From assembly GCA_963702475.1 (NCBI GenBank), contig CAVPCT010000006.1, forward strand, positions 256,001 through 320,000: a stretch of 64,000 nucleotides of DNA. Reading direction: 5' to 3'. This document shows positions 37,643-47,493 of the stretch, piece by piece (within the stretch, counting starts at the first letter, position 1; every line of letters begins with the position of its first letter). Made by a program: the position numbers and the translations under genes. The notes under the pieces were generated by a model that worked only from the letters and a program-made list of their open reading frames with translations, ran no database searches and was not told the DNA's origin. Origin of the DNA: an uncultured Thermoleophilia bacterium (GTDB lineage: Bacteria; Actinomycetota; Thermoleophilia; UBA2241).

Positions 37643-37749
37643 GCTCACTGACGAGTGCCCCTGCGGCGCACCCGTCGCTGAGCCCGCTACGTAGCTCACT
37701 GACGAGTGCCCCTGCGGCGCACCCGTCGCTGAGCCCGCTACGTAGCTCA
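37643..37749. repeat. Two identical tandem 51-bp REP-like units
   Basis: GCTCACTGACGAGTGCCCCTGCGGCGCACCCGTCGCTGAGCCCGCTACGTA repeated with period 51. Confidence 0.9.
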
Positions 37750-37786
37750 GTCGACCTCATCGCCGTGCGCGTGGGAGAATCGGAGA

Positions 37787-39238
37787 ATGAGGGCCTTCCG
37801 CAGGAGAAACGGCGCCGCGCGGGCGCTGCGCACCGCGGCGCCGTTGCTCATGGCTGCGCTGGCCTCTCTGGCGCTGGCGGCGGGACCACGGGTGGGGCCG
37901 GCCGCGGCGGCTCCGCCGGGCGCGGCCACGCGAGGGGACGCCACGCCCGTGCGGGATGTCCTGCCTGTGCTCGACGACCTGCGCGGCCCGCTGGCGCGCT
38001 CGGCGGCTTTGCCGCTCTGGCAGGCGCGCGGCGCTCTGCCGAGCGCCAAGCAGGCGATGGTGTTCGCGGCCGGGTCGGTCGCGGTGTCCGTGATCTTCGT
38101 GGAGAGCGACGGTTCCATCGACCGGAGCCGCGAGAACTGGTCGCGGCGGGATCCCAGGTTCCCAGGCGACCGCCGCGCCAACGTGCTCGCCCAGGTCGAG
38201 GCGGCCCTCGACTGGTGGGAACAGCGCTCGCCGGACGAGTCCCTGCAGACCTTCCTCCCCGCGGCCGGCCGGTACGGGGCGCCGCGGACCGTGACCACCG
38301 GCTACGAGGCCATCACACGACCGACCGGCGACTTCGCCTTCGACTACCGCCAGAGTGACGCCGGCTGGCGCTGGCAGATCATGCGCAAGCTCGGTCTCAA
38401 GCACGACTCTGAGGACGACTCGCCGCCTCCCGAGCGTGCCTACGCAGAAAAGGTGCGGCGTGTGAACGGCGCGGACTGGGCCTTCGTGGTTTACGTGGTG
38501 GACAGCCTGAAGGATACCGACGGCATGTTCCCGGACGGGGCGATCGCTTACACCAACGACCTGTACGGCCCGTATACCGTGCTCACGTACGACAACGACG
38601 GCTACGGCTTCAGCAACTTCGCCGCGGTGCTCGCCCACGAGATGGGTCACCAGTTCGGCGCTCTCGACGAGTACCGCCCGCCGTACCCGGGGTACCCCAG
38701 TACCGGCGGCCTGTTCTCCGGCTATCTCGGCGTGAAGAACCGGAACGCCGTCGTGGGCGGCACCACCGACCACCCGTGCCTCATGCGCGGCTCCAAGGAG
38801 ACACTGGACGCCTTCTTCTACGGGGACCTCTGCCCTTCCACCGAGGGCCAGACTGGACTGCGGGTGACCAACGCCCACGGGCGGCCGGACGTGATCGACA
38901 CCCGCCCGGGATTCACGTCGGGCGCGCCGGCCGCCGCCGCAGGCGGTACCGTGACCGTCTCCGGCACGGTCGTCGAACAGCCGTGGCCACACGGCGTGAG
39001 CACGGTCGGCCCACTGTTCACGAAGGACGTGAGCATTTACGTGCCGCGCGACGTGCAGTACCGCGTGGACGGCGGCGAGTGGCTGTCGGTCACGGCGGTC
39101 GACGGCGCCTTCGACGAACCGAGCGAGAAGTGGACGCTGACGACGGCGCCACTCATGCAGGGACCGCACGTGATCGACATCCAGGGCACGACGGGCCTGA
39201 CCGTGGGCTTCTCGTTGCAGGTGACGGCGGCGCCGTGA
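37787..39238 (+). CDS. Secreted zinc metalloprotease (metzincin-like) with C-terminal beta domain
   Basis: Signal peptide; AHEMGHQFGALDEY (HExxHxxGxxD); CLM Met-turn. Confidence 0.82.
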   Translation: MRAFRRRNGAARALRTAAPLLMAALASLALAAGPRVGPAAAAPPGAATRGDATPVRDVLPVLDDLRGPLARSAALPLWQARGALPSAKQAMVFAAGSVAVSVIFVESDGSIDRSRENWSRRDPRFPGDRRANVLAQVEAALDWWEQRSPDESLQTFLPAAGRYGAPRTVTTGYEAITRPTGDFAFDYRQSDAGWRWQIMRKLGLKHDSEDDSPPPERAYAEKVRRVNGADWAFVVYVVDSLKDTDGMFPDGAIAYTNDLYGPYTVLTYDNDGYGFSNFAAVLAHEMGHQFGALDEYRPPYPGYPSTGGLFSGYLGVKNRNAVVGGTTDHPCLMRGSKETLDAFFYGDLCPSTEGQTGLRVTNAHGRPDVIDTRPGFTSGAPAAAAGGTVTVSGTVVEQPWPHGVSTVGPLFTKDVSIYVPRDVQYRVDGGEWLSVTAVDGAFDEPSEKWTLTTAPLMQGPHVIDIQGTTGLTVGFSLQVTAAP

Positions 39239-39271
39239 GGACTGACCGGCGCCGGGTCCGCGCGTCGCCGG

Positions 39272-39628
39272 TCAGTCCAGCGACTCCACGTGGTTCGAGG
39301 GCACCCAGCCGGTCAGGCCGGCGGCCGTGCGGCACAGCAGCCAGCCGCCGGCCTCATCGAGCACCTCGAGCCGTTCGCCGCGCGCGACAGTGAGTTCGGT
39401 GGCGTCGTAGTCGCGCAGGGCGATGGCCTCGGCCGGCCCGCTCGTCTGCAGGTATTCCTCCGGCACCCAGCCGGCGCGGCCGGCCTGGTCGGCGCCCCAC
39501 ACGTAGGAGGTCCACTGCTGGTCGTGACGACCCACGCACACGGCCTCACCCTCGCGAAAGCGCACGGGCTCGGGCGCGGAGGAGACGTACGACGCGACGA
39601 CGCGGACGGAGTGTGGCGGCTCGTTCAT
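39272..39628 (-). CDS. Tandem SH3-domain protein (paralog 1)
   Basis: GWVPEEYL; ALRDYDATELTVARGE..GWVP. Confidence 0.85.
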   Translation of the reverse strand: MNEPPHSVRVVASYVSSAPEPVRFREGEAVCVGRHDQQWTSYVWGADQAGRAGWVPEEYLQTSGPAEAIALRDYDATELTVARGERLEVLDEAGGWLLCRTAAGLTGWVPSNHVESLD

Positions 39629-39660
39629 TTCAGGAGGGAGGAGCGGGACGACCGCGGCGG

Positions 39661-40020
39661 TCAGCTCTCGACCGCCTCCAGGCAGGACGCCGGCACCCAG
39701 CCCTCGGCGCCGGCGGAGTTGCGACAGCGGATCCACACACCGATGCTCTCGAGGCCCTCCAGGAGCTCACCCTTCACCACCGTGAGCTGGGCCGCGTCGT
39801 AGTCACGCAGCGCCGTGGCCTCCTTGTCGGTGTCCATGTGGAGGAACTGCTCGGGGACCCACCCGGCGTGGCCGTCTTCGGCGGCGCACCACAGGAACTC
39901 CGGGTACTGCTGGTTGCGGTGCCCGACGACGATGGACTCGCCTTGGCGGATGCGGATGTTCTCTACGTGGTCGCGTGCCCTCGACGTGACGACGCGCACA
40001 GGCTGCGGGTAGGTGTCCAT
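39661..40020 (-). CDS. Tandem SH3-domain protein (paralog 2)
   Basis: GWVPEQFL; ALRDYDAAQLTVVKGE..GWVP. Confidence 0.85.
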   Translation of the reverse strand: MDTYPQPVRVVTSRARDHVENIRIRQGESIVVGHRNQQYPEFLWCAAEDGHAGWVPEQFLHMDTDKEATALRDYDAAQLTVVKGELLEGLESIGVWIRCRNSAGAEGWVPASCLEAVES

Positions 40021-40129
40021 CCGGTGATTGTAGACCTTTCGCGCGGGTTTCCTACCCGAGGTGGAGCGGCGTCCCATCCTTTGGACGGAGACGCGGCGTC
40101 GTCTCGGCTTGAGGTATCATGGGCGGCCG

Positions 40130-41698
40130 ATGAGCGAGCAGAGGACAGAGCGGGCTCCCGGGGGCGTGGTGGTGCGCTTCGCCCCGTCCCCGACGGGCTA
40201 CCTGCACTTGGGGAGCGCCCGCACGGGCCTGTACAACTACATCTTCGCGCGCAGCCGCGGCGGCCTCTTCATCCTCCGGATCGAGGACACCGACCCCTCC
40301 CGCAGCACCGACAAGGCGATCCTGCAGATCATCAGCTCCATGCGTGAGATGGGCCTCAAGTGGGACGAGGGTCCGGAGGTCCCGGGCCCGCACGGCCCCT
40401 ACCGGCAGACCGAGCGTCAGGGCATCTACCACGAGCACATCGCGCGCCTGCTGGCCAGCGGCCACCTGTACCCGTGCTTCTGCACACCCCAGGAGCTCGA
40501 GGCGGAGCGCCAGGTCGCCCAGGCGGCGAAGCGCGACTGGATCTACTCCGGGAGATGCCGGGCGCTCCCGGCGGAAGAGACGGAGCGCCGCGTGGCGGCT
40601 GGAGAGCCGTACACGCTGCGCATGCGTGTGCCCGACGGCGTCACCGTATTCCACGACCTGTTGCGCGGACCGGTGGAGTTCGCCAACGACACCATCGGCG
40701 ACTTCATCGTGCAGCGCAGCGACGGCACGGTGACCTACAACCTCGCCGTGGTGGTGGACGATGTCACCATGGAGATCACACACGTCATCCGCGGCGACGA
40801 TCACATCAGCAACACCCCGAAGCAGGTCGTCGTGTACGAAGCCCTCGGGGCCGCCGTGCCCGAGTTCCTGCACATGCCTTTGCTGTTCGGCACCGACCGC
40901 AAGAAGCTCTCCAAACGGCACGGCGCCACCAAGTTGGAGCAACTCACGGCCCAGGGCTACCTGGTCGACGTGGTGCGCAACTACCTCTGCTTCCTCAGCA
41001 CGGAGTTCGACGAGAGCATGATCGCGTGGACGCTGGACGACCTCGTCGAGAGGTTCGACGTGCTCGGCCTGGGCACCAGCGCGAGCATCTTCGACCCGGA
41101 GAAACTGCGCTGGATGAACGGGCGCTTCATCCGGCAGCTCGACGACGTGGCGCTCGGCGAGCGGCTCGAGGAGTACCTTACGCGGGTCGGCTTCTACGGC
41201 GAGCCGGCCGCGGTCGAGCAGCTCGCCCGTACCGGACCCGAGGCCCTCGCGGCCGTCGTCGAGGGCGCCGAGACGGCGCACGCGCTGCTCGTCGCCCCGG
41301 ACGAGGTCCAGGAGGCGCTCACCAGGCAGCTCGCGCCGCTGGTGCGCGAGAAGATGGACCTGCTCGCCGACTTCATCCCGCTCGCGGGCTGGTTCTTCCG
41401 GCCGCTCGCGTTCGCGCAGGACGCGCGCGAGCGGCTCGCCGCAGCGCCCGGCGCGGCGGAGACGCTGCGCGCCGCCGCGCTCGCCCTCGAGCAGCTCCCT
41501 GAGTGGACGCCCCAAGGCGTGGAGGACCTCGTCCGCGACCTTCCCTCGCGCCTTGAGCAGAAGCCCAAGGCCGTGTTCGCCGCCCTGCGCCTCGGCATGA
41601 GCGGTCAGGCCGTGACGCCCGGCCTGTTCGAGTCGCTCTGGGTGCTCGGCCGCGACGAGGCGGCCGGCCGGCTCGTCACCGCGGCCGCCGAGCTCTGA
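40130..41698 (+). CDS. gltX: Glutamate--tRNA ligase
   Basis: RFAPSPTGYLHLG, LRIEDTD, HVIRGDDH, KLSKRHG, full anticodon domain. Confidence 0.95.
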   Translation: MSEQRTERAPGGVVVRFAPSPTGYLHLGSARTGLYNYIFARSRGGLFILRIEDTDPSRSTDKAILQIISSMREMGLKWDEGPEVPGPHGPYRQTERQGIYHEHIARLLASGHLYPCFCTPQELEAERQVAQAAKRDWIYSGRCRALPAEETERRVAAGEPYTLRMRVPDGVTVFHDLLRGPVEFANDTIGDFIVQRSDGTVTYNLAVVVDDVTMEITHVIRGDDHISNTPKQVVVYEALGAAVPEFLHMPLLFGTDRKKLSKRHGATKLEQLTAQGYLVDVVRNYLCFLSTEFDESMIAWTLDDLVERFDVLGLGTSASIFDPEKLRWMNGRFIRQLDDVALGERLEEYLTRVGFYGEPAAVEQLARTGPEALAAVVEGAETAHALLVAPDEVQEALTRQLAPLVREKMDLLADFIPLAGWFFRPLAFAQDARERLAAAPGAAETLRAAALALEQLPEWTPQGVEDLVRDLPSRLEQKPKAVFAALRLGMSGQAVTPGLFESLWVLGRDEAAGRLVTAAAEL

Positions 41699-41826
41699 CG
41701 CTCCGCCGCCGCTGCCCGAGTCGGCCCACTCCCGCTTCCCTGCCTGGCCGGCGGCTGCCTGAGTGAGCCCGGACCGTCCTTCGGGGAACAACCCCTGCAG
41801 ATCCATCGACCAGAAGACAGGAGGGG

Positions 41827-42711
41827 GTGATCACCGTGAGCGACGATCAGGGTCTGGTCCTCGTGATCGGCGGCGCGGAGCACGAAGGGTCGGCCGCCGT
41901 TCGTCACCTGCGCCAGCGCGGCCGGCCCGTGCGGGCGCTGCTCAGGGAGGGCGAGGACATCGCGGCGGAGCGGCTGTACTCAGCCGGCGCATCTCCCGTG
42001 TTCGCCGACCCCGGGGACCTCGCCGCGGTCGAACGCGCCCTGGCGGGCGTGCGCTCCCTCGTCCTGAGCATCGACGAGGCCGACAACGGCCCGCGGGCGC
42101 GGTTGCATGAGGGCAGGGTCGTGGCGGAGGCAGCCGGCAGGGCACCCGACCTCGTCGAGCTGGTCTATATCGCGGGGTCCGGCACCGAGCACCACCAGAT
42201 CTCCTGCGACCGAAGCAGGGAGATCGAGGAGCTCCTGCGCAAGCTCGGGCTGCCGCTCACGGTGTTGCGTCCGGTCACGCTGATGGAGGAGATCCCCTGG
42301 TACTGGCTGCACCGGTACGACAGCGGGCTCGAGCTGGCCACGCCTTACGAGCCCGGCCTGCCTCTGCCGCTGGTCGCCGCCGACGACGTGGGCGCGCTGG
42401 CCGCGCTCGCCGTCATCGCGCCGGAGCAGTTCGCGGGACACCCCCAGGTGACCGTGGCCGGCGACGAGGCCACACCGCGGAGCATCGCCGACGAGCTGGC
42501 ACGCGATCTCGGAGAACCGGTGCGGCTGACCGAGGTACAGGTGGAAGGCGTCTTCATGTACCCGGATGCCGTGGGACACGCGCGCGATCTGGAGTGGCTG
42601 CGCAGCGTCCACCCGAGGCTCCAGACGCTGCGTGCCTGGCTGACGGAGTGCGGCTCAGACGTCTGCCGCAGCATGGTCGGTCTCGCCCCCGGCGGTCACA
42701 CCAGAGTCTGA
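41827..42711 (+). CDS. NmrA-family NAD(P)-binding protein
   Basis: LVIGGAEHEGSAAVRHL..VRALLR, TVLRPV.LME, DVGALAA. Confidence 0.8.
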   Translation: MITVSDDQGLVLVIGGAEHEGSAAVRHLRQRGRPVRALLREGEDIAAERLYSAGASPVFADPGDLAAVERALAGVRSLVLSIDEADNGPRARLHEGRVVAEAAGRAPDLVELVYIAGSGTEHHQISCDRSREIEELLRKLGLPLTVLRPVTLMEEIPWYWLHRYDSGLELATPYEPGLPLPLVAADDVGALAALAVIAPEQFAGHPQVTVAGDEATPRSIADELARDLGEPVRLTEVQVEGVFMYPDAVGHARDLEWLRSVHPRLQTLRAWLTECGSDVCRSMVGLAPGGHTRV

Positions 42712-43992
42712 CCCGGACCGCGCCTTCTCCGCGTCGAGCGGAAGGTAGTAGCGGATGACGATCAGCGCCGCCAGGGCGGCGCCGATCATGTTCGTCATGT
42801 CGAGGACGCGGTACGGCCACATGCGCAGCGACAGCAGCGTCGCGGCGGCCCCGAGGGCGATCGTCACCCCTTGACGGCCGCCGGGAGGCGGCGCCACGAG
42901 GACGAGCGCGAGCGGCACGATGACCCACACGTAGGCCATCTGCCACGCCAGGGGTGAGAAGAGGAGCGTCAGGAGCACGGCGAGGAGCAGCATGGCGTTG
43001 CGCTCGGCGCCGGCGTCGATGCTCCGCTTCTCCTGCGGCAGGCGTCGCGCGTTCCTCCCGGCCAGCCACGCAAGGAAGAGCAGCGCGGCGTAGCCCAGGG
43101 CTGAGCCGGCCTTGACAAGCGTGGGGTAGCGCGACCAGAACCGCAGCGGTGTCTGGTTGTAGGGCGATGGGTCGGACCCGGCGATGGCCGGAAGGATGTC
43201 GGCCACGTAGTCACGGTACAGAGAGATGTCGACCCAGACGAGCGACACGGCGAGGACCGCGAGACCGCAGACGAGCGTCTTCAGCACGAAGCGCCAGTCG
43301 CGGAAGTAGAGCACCACGACCAGCACGAGCAGCACCGGGGAGACCTTGACGGCCACGGCCACCGCGAACAGGGTCGCGGAGGGCCACCCCTTCCAGCGTG
43401 GGTAGAGCATGAAGCCGACGATGGAGAGAGCCGCGACGATCATGTCGATCTGGCCCTCGTGCACGTGGTAGAAGAACGGGAACGAGACCAGGGTGAGCAG
43501 GACGCAGGCGGTGAGCGTCTCCAGCCGCCGGCCGCGACGCACGAGCACGGCGACCGCGATCAGCAGGGCGAAGCACGTGACGTCCAGGGCCAGCCAGGCG
43601 GCGCGCGCGGCGTCGTAGTCGGCGCGCGCCAGCAGGCCCATCAGCGGGAGGACCGTGGGCGGGTAGATGAACCCGGAGATCGTGGGATCGTCGTGACGTG
43701 GGTGCTGGATCGCCCGGGCGTCGGCGGGGTGGTTGAGGTACGGATCGAGCCCGAGGTCCCAGTTGTGACCCCCCGCGTAGTACTGGAAGAAATCGTGCTG
43801 CGGGACGCCGATCCCCGAGTTCAGGTCGTCGTAGGTGCTGCGCACGATCGGCACCCAGAAGCCGACGGCCAGGGCGACAGCCGCCAGCAGGAGCAGCACG
43901 CAGACTGTGCGCCGGCTGAGCCAGGCGCCGGCCGCCGCGGGGCCGGCGTCAGGCGGCCCTTCGCCGGCCGGTCCGGGTGCGTCTCGGTGCAT
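42655..43992 (-). CDS. Glycosyltransferase family 87-like (GT-C) membrane protein
   Basis: DFFQYY, FIYPP, EGQID, AVKVSP, SPLAW; many TM helices. Confidence 0.85.
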   Translation of the reverse strand: MHRDAPGPAGEGPPDAGPAAAGAWLSRRTVCVLLLLAAVALAVGFWVPIVRSTYDDLNSGIGVPQHDFFQYYAGGHNWDLGLDPYLNHPADARAIQHPRHDDPTISGFIYPPTVLPLMGLLARADYDAARAAWLALDVTCFALLIAVAVLVRRGRRLETLTACVLLTLVSFPFFYHVHEGQIDMIVAALSIVGFMLYPRWKGWPSATLFAVAVAVKVSPVLLVLVVVLYFRDWRFVLKTLVCGLAVLAVSLVWVDISLYRDYVADILPAIAGSDPSPYNQTPLRFWSRYPTLVKAGSALGYAALLFLAWLAGRNARRLPQEKRSIDAGAERNAMLLLAVLLTLLFSPLAWQMAYVWVIVPLALVLVAPPPGGRQGVTIALGAAATLLSLRMWPYRVLDMTNMIGAALAALIVIRYYLPLDAEKARSGSDSGVTAGGETDHAAADV

Positions 43993-44133
43993 GCTGCTCC
44001 TCCGCGTGTGGGTGCGGCCGCCGCCGCCGCTCGCATCCCGGACCCTACGCGGCGAGGCCGGAGCGTGCAACGAAGCCTGTCGCTCGTGCGCGGTCTCCTG
44101 CGGTGCCGGCCTTACCCCCCGGGTCCCGGGACG

Positions 44134-45357
44134 TCACGGCCGGCTCTCGAGCGCGGCCACCGCCCGCGGCAGGTCAGCGAGCCACGAGACCTCTGCGTCC
44201 GGCGGAGCGGCCCCGGCTGGCCGGGCTGCGCGCACCCGGTTGAACCAGACCGCGCGCAGGCCGGCTTGCCTCGCGCCCTCGACGTCGTTGGCCCACGAGT
44301 CGCCGACCATCACCGCGTCGTGCGCTCCCAGGGGGACGCCGCCGTGCCCCGCACGCAGTAAGACGGCCCTGAAGAAGAACGGATCGGGCTTGGCGACACC
44401 CACGTCGCGCGAGCTCACGACGTCGTCCACCAGGTCTGCAAGGCCCACGCGCGCGAGCGCCGCGCGGACGTCGCGCGCGCTCGAGTCCTCGGCGTTGGTG
44501 GCGACGATGATGCGGTGGTCCGCGCGCAGCGACTCCAGCGCCTCTGCAGCTCCCTCGACCGCCGCGACGCGAGCCCACGTCGCCATGGGCCCCGGCTGCG
44601 TCCCGTCGTCCTCCATCAGGGTGCCGCCCCAGTCGACCAGAACGACAGCCGCAGATTCTCGCGTGGGGCCGACCCGCGCCGCCCGGATCTGCTTCCCCCC
44701 GGGGACTGGCCGGACGCTCGCCATGGCGTCCGGCCGCGGCGGAAGCAGGAGGGCCGCGGCGGCGACGATGACGACAGCCAGTGCCCAGGCGCCGAGCACG
44801 TCGGTCAGCCAGTGGACGCCCAGGTACAGGCGCGAGGCGCCCATGACGACGGCGAAGATGCCGACGAGCACCGACGCGGGCAGGCGCCACCTCGTCGGCC
44901 AGGCCACCACCGCGATGGCGAGCGCCAAGGTCGCCGAGGCCAGCGAGTGGCCGCTGGGGAACGCCAGGCCGCTCACGTGCAGGGCGGCGTCCTCTACCGG
45001 CGGCCGGATCCGCCCGAACGCCAGCTTGAGCAGCGGGTTGAGCGCGAGCGCGGTCACCAGTGCCGCGGCCAGGAACGCGGCCGCCCGCCGTCTGCTTGTG
45101 GCCGTCAGGCCGGCGACGACGGCCACACCGGCCGCCGCGATGGCGAGCCACTGACCGAGGCCGGTGTAGGCCTCGAAGAACCCGGTCAGCGCCGGTGTGC
45201 GGCGGGCGGCGAGCATCTCGTTGATGGCTACGTCCAGACCAGCGGACCCGCCGCTCAGGGCGATGGTCGCGATGGCCGCGAACGCGACCAGGCCGGCGAT
45301 GAGCGCCGTGAGGGCGGCGCGACGGTGCGGTCCGCCGCCGCTCAGCACCCCGGGCAT
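44134..45357 (-). CDS. PAP2 phosphatase fused to a HAD hydrolase domain
   Basis: K..FGRIRP, FPSGH, SRLYLGVHWLTDV, then DWGGTL, KPDP, MVGDSWANDV. Confidence 0.85.
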   Translation of the reverse strand: MPGVLSGGGPHRRAALTALIAGLVAFAAIATIALSGGSAGLDVAINEMLAARRTPALTGFFEAYTGLGQWLAIAAAGVAVVAGLTATSRRRAAAFLAAALVTALALNPLLKLAFGRIRPPVEDAALHVSGLAFPSGHSLASATLALAIAVVAWPTRWRLPASVLVGIFAVVMGASRLYLGVHWLTDVLGAWALAVVIVAAAALLLPPRPDAMASVRPVPGGKQIRAARVGPTRESAAVVLVDWGGTLMEDDGTQPGPMATWARVAAVEGAAEALESLRADHRIIVATNAEDSSARDVRAALARVGLADLVDDVVSSRDVGVAKPDPFFFRAVLLRAGHGGVPLGAHDAVMVGDSWANDVEGARQAGLRAVWFNRVRAARPAGAAPPDAEVSWLADLPRAVAALESRP

Positions 45358-46076
45358 ATGAGCCCGCCGAGCAGCTCGGGAAGCTCGTCGAAGCGGCGCA
45401 CGATGAGGTCGGCCGTCGAATGCCGCAGGTCGTGGTCGTTGACGGCCACGAAGTGGGCGGCGGCCATTCCGGCGGCCTGGGCCCCGGCGACGTCGGTGCG
45501 CTGGATGTCGCCGACGTGGGCCGCCTCCCCGGCGCGGACGCCCAGCTGTGCGAGCGTGTGCCGGAACACGCGCACGTCGGGCTTGCTGACGCCGTGCTCG
45601 TTGGAGAAGAAGAGGTACTCGAAGGACTCCAACATGTCGTACCGGGACAGCACCTGGCGCAGCACGCGTCCCGGAGACCACCCGGTATCGCAGATCACCG
45701 CGAGGTGGAAGCGTTCGCGGAGCCGCGGCAGGGTCGCCTGGGCCCCGGGCATGGGCTCCGGCGGCAGCTCCAGCACGAGGTCCTCGAAAGCCCCCACCAC
45801 CCGCTCGCCGACCTCGTCCGGGGGTGTGAACCCCAGGGCCATGAACATCGCGTCCACGAGCTCCGCGCACGGCGGCGTACGGTGCTCAACGATCCAGACG
45901 CGGTCGAAATGGTCGAAGGCGGTGCGCAGGGCCTCGTCGACGATCAGCGGCGAGCACTCCGTCCCGAGTCCGGCCAGCTCGTCGCGGACGATCTGCGCGC
46001 GGCGTGCCTCCCTCTCCCGACCGTGGGGGTCGGCGACCAGCGTGTTCCAGAAGTCGAACGTGACGGCGCGCAGCAT
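45342..46076 (-). CDS. HAD-family hydrolase
   Basis: VTFDFWNTL, SKPD, HVGDIQRTDVAGA. Confidence 0.9.
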   Translation of the reverse strand: MLRAVTFDFWNTLVADPHGREREARRAQIVRDELAGLGTECSPLIVDEALRTAFDHFDRVWIVEHRTPPCAELVDAMFMALGFTPPDEVGERVVGAFEDLVLELPPEPMPGAQATLPRLRERFHLAVICDTGWSPGRVLRQVLSRYDMLESFEYLFFSNEHGVSKPDVRVFRHTLAQLGVRAGEAAHVGDIQRTDVAGAQAAGMAAAHFVAVNDHDLRHSTADLIVRRFDELPELLGGLICPGC

Positions 46077-46181
46077 GGCGCAAGCGTACCAGAGGGCAGT
46101 GCGCAGGACGGCGGGCATCGTCGGCGTCGGCCCGCCCATCCCCGCGCCGGCACTCCCGGCTCCTGCTGTTAGACTGAACGC

Positions 46182-47174
46182 ATGGCGGCGGAATCGAAGA
46201 AGGCGATCGTCGCGGCGATCGTCGGCAACGCCGCGATCGCCGTGATCAAGTTCATCGCCGGTGCCATGACCGGCAGCTCGGCGATGATCTCCGAGGGTAT
46301 CCACTCGCTCGTGGACACGGGCAACGGCGGCCTGCTGTTCTATGGGCTGAAGCGGGGGGCCAGGCCCGCCGACCGCGAGCATCCCTTCGGCCACGGCGGC
46401 GAGGTCTACTTCTGGAGCCTCATCGTCGCCGTGAGCATCTTCGGCATCGGCGGCGGCATGTCGATCTACGAGGGCATCACGCACATGCAGCATCCCGTGA
46501 CCCTCAAAGACCCCACCGTCAACTACGTCGTGCTTGCGCTGGCTATGGCATTCGAGTCGCTCTCGTTCACCGTCGCCTGGCGCGCGTTCAAGCGCGCGAA
46601 GGGCAAACGCGGCGTGCTCTCCGCCATCCACCGCGGCAAGGACCCGAGCCTGTTCACGGTGCTGTTCGAGGACACAGCGGCACTGCTCGGCCTCGTGGTG
46701 GCCTTCTTCGGCGTGCTGCTCAGCCACACGCTGGACATGCCGGTGCTCGACGGGGCAGCGTCGGTGGGCATCGGGGCGATCCTCGTGTGTGCCGCACTCT
46801 GGCTGGCCTACGAGAGCAAGAGCCTTCTGGTGGGCGAGGCTGCGGACCCGGACGTGGTCGCCACGATCCGCGAAATCGCGCTGGCCGACCCCGATGTGGA
46901 AGGCCTCGGTGTGGTGCTGACCATGCACCTCGGCCCGGAGGACGTGTTGCTCAACATCGAGGTGCAGTTCACGCCGGGCCTGCCCGCGGAATCCGTTCAG
47001 GAGGCAGTGCTTCGCATCGAGGACCTCATCACTGAGAGGTACCCCGAGGTGAACCGCATCTTCATCGAGGTCCGGGCGTTGCGGCCCGGCGCGACCGGGG
47101 GCGAGCCCGGGGTCGCCGCGGGCGCGGCGTCCGGAGACGCGGCCGTCGCGGAGAGCGCAGGGTCTGCGACATGA
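46182..47174 (+). CDS. Cation diffusion facilitator (CDF) transporter
   Basis: SEGIHSLVD, HPFGHG, FEDTAA, TMHLGP. Confidence 0.92.
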   Translation: MAAESKKAIVAAIVGNAAIAVIKFIAGAMTGSSAMISEGIHSLVDTGNGGLLFYGLKRGARPADREHPFGHGGEVYFWSLIVAVSIFGIGGGMSIYEGITHMQHPVTLKDPTVNYVVLALAMAFESLSFTVAWRAFKRAKGKRGVLSAIHRGKDPSLFTVLFEDTAALLGLVVAFFGVLLSHTLDMPVLDGAASVGIGAILVCAALWLAYESKSLLVGEAADPDVVATIREIALADPDVEGLGVVLTMHLGPEDVLLNIEVQFTPGLPAESVQEAVLRIEDLITERYPEVNRIFIEVRALRPGATGGEPGVAAGAASGDAAVAESAGSAT

Positions 47175-47368
47175 CCTGGATCAACGCCGCCCTCATCGCC
47201 TGCGTGGTCGCCACCCTGTGTCTCGGCTTCTACCTCGTGTGGTTCATCGCACACCCAAACCGCCCGGAACAGGAGCAGCAGGAGAGCGACGAAGGCGCTG
47301 GCAGTCAGGGTCTCGAGGACCCTGACGACGGGCGTCGCGAGGAGGATCCGGCGGGTGAGCGTCGCTGA
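47171..47368 (+). CDS. Small single-TM protein
   Basis: ATGA overlap with the CDF stop; hydrophobic N-terminus and acidic tail. Confidence 0.5.
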   Translation: MTWINAALIACVVATLCLGFYLVWFIAHPNRPEQEQQESDEGAGSQGLEDPDDGRREEDPAGERR

Positions 47369-47493
47369 ACGTACGGCGGGCCGCGGGGCGCCGGTGCTCG
47401 AGTCGGAGTGTCCATGACGCCGAGATCGAGACCGGCGGCAGCGTCATGCTGCGGCGCGACCCGCGGCCTCACTCTCCCTGAGGATGAGGCGCC

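Noticed and set aside
36642-37760. EtfB N-terminal extension with repeated SELRSGLSDGCAAGALV
   Set aside because: This is the translation of the intergenic 51-bp tandem repeat; the real start is 37568
44134-46928. Long versions of the PAP2-HAD (578 aa) and HAD (528 aa) ORFs
   Set aside because: The extensions are off-frame or antisense to neighbouring real genes; starts reassigned to 45357 and 46076
47355-47470. Possible small selenoprotein (…ECP-TGA followed by a hairpin)
   Set aside because: No recognisable redox family, and the downstream frame looks non-coding
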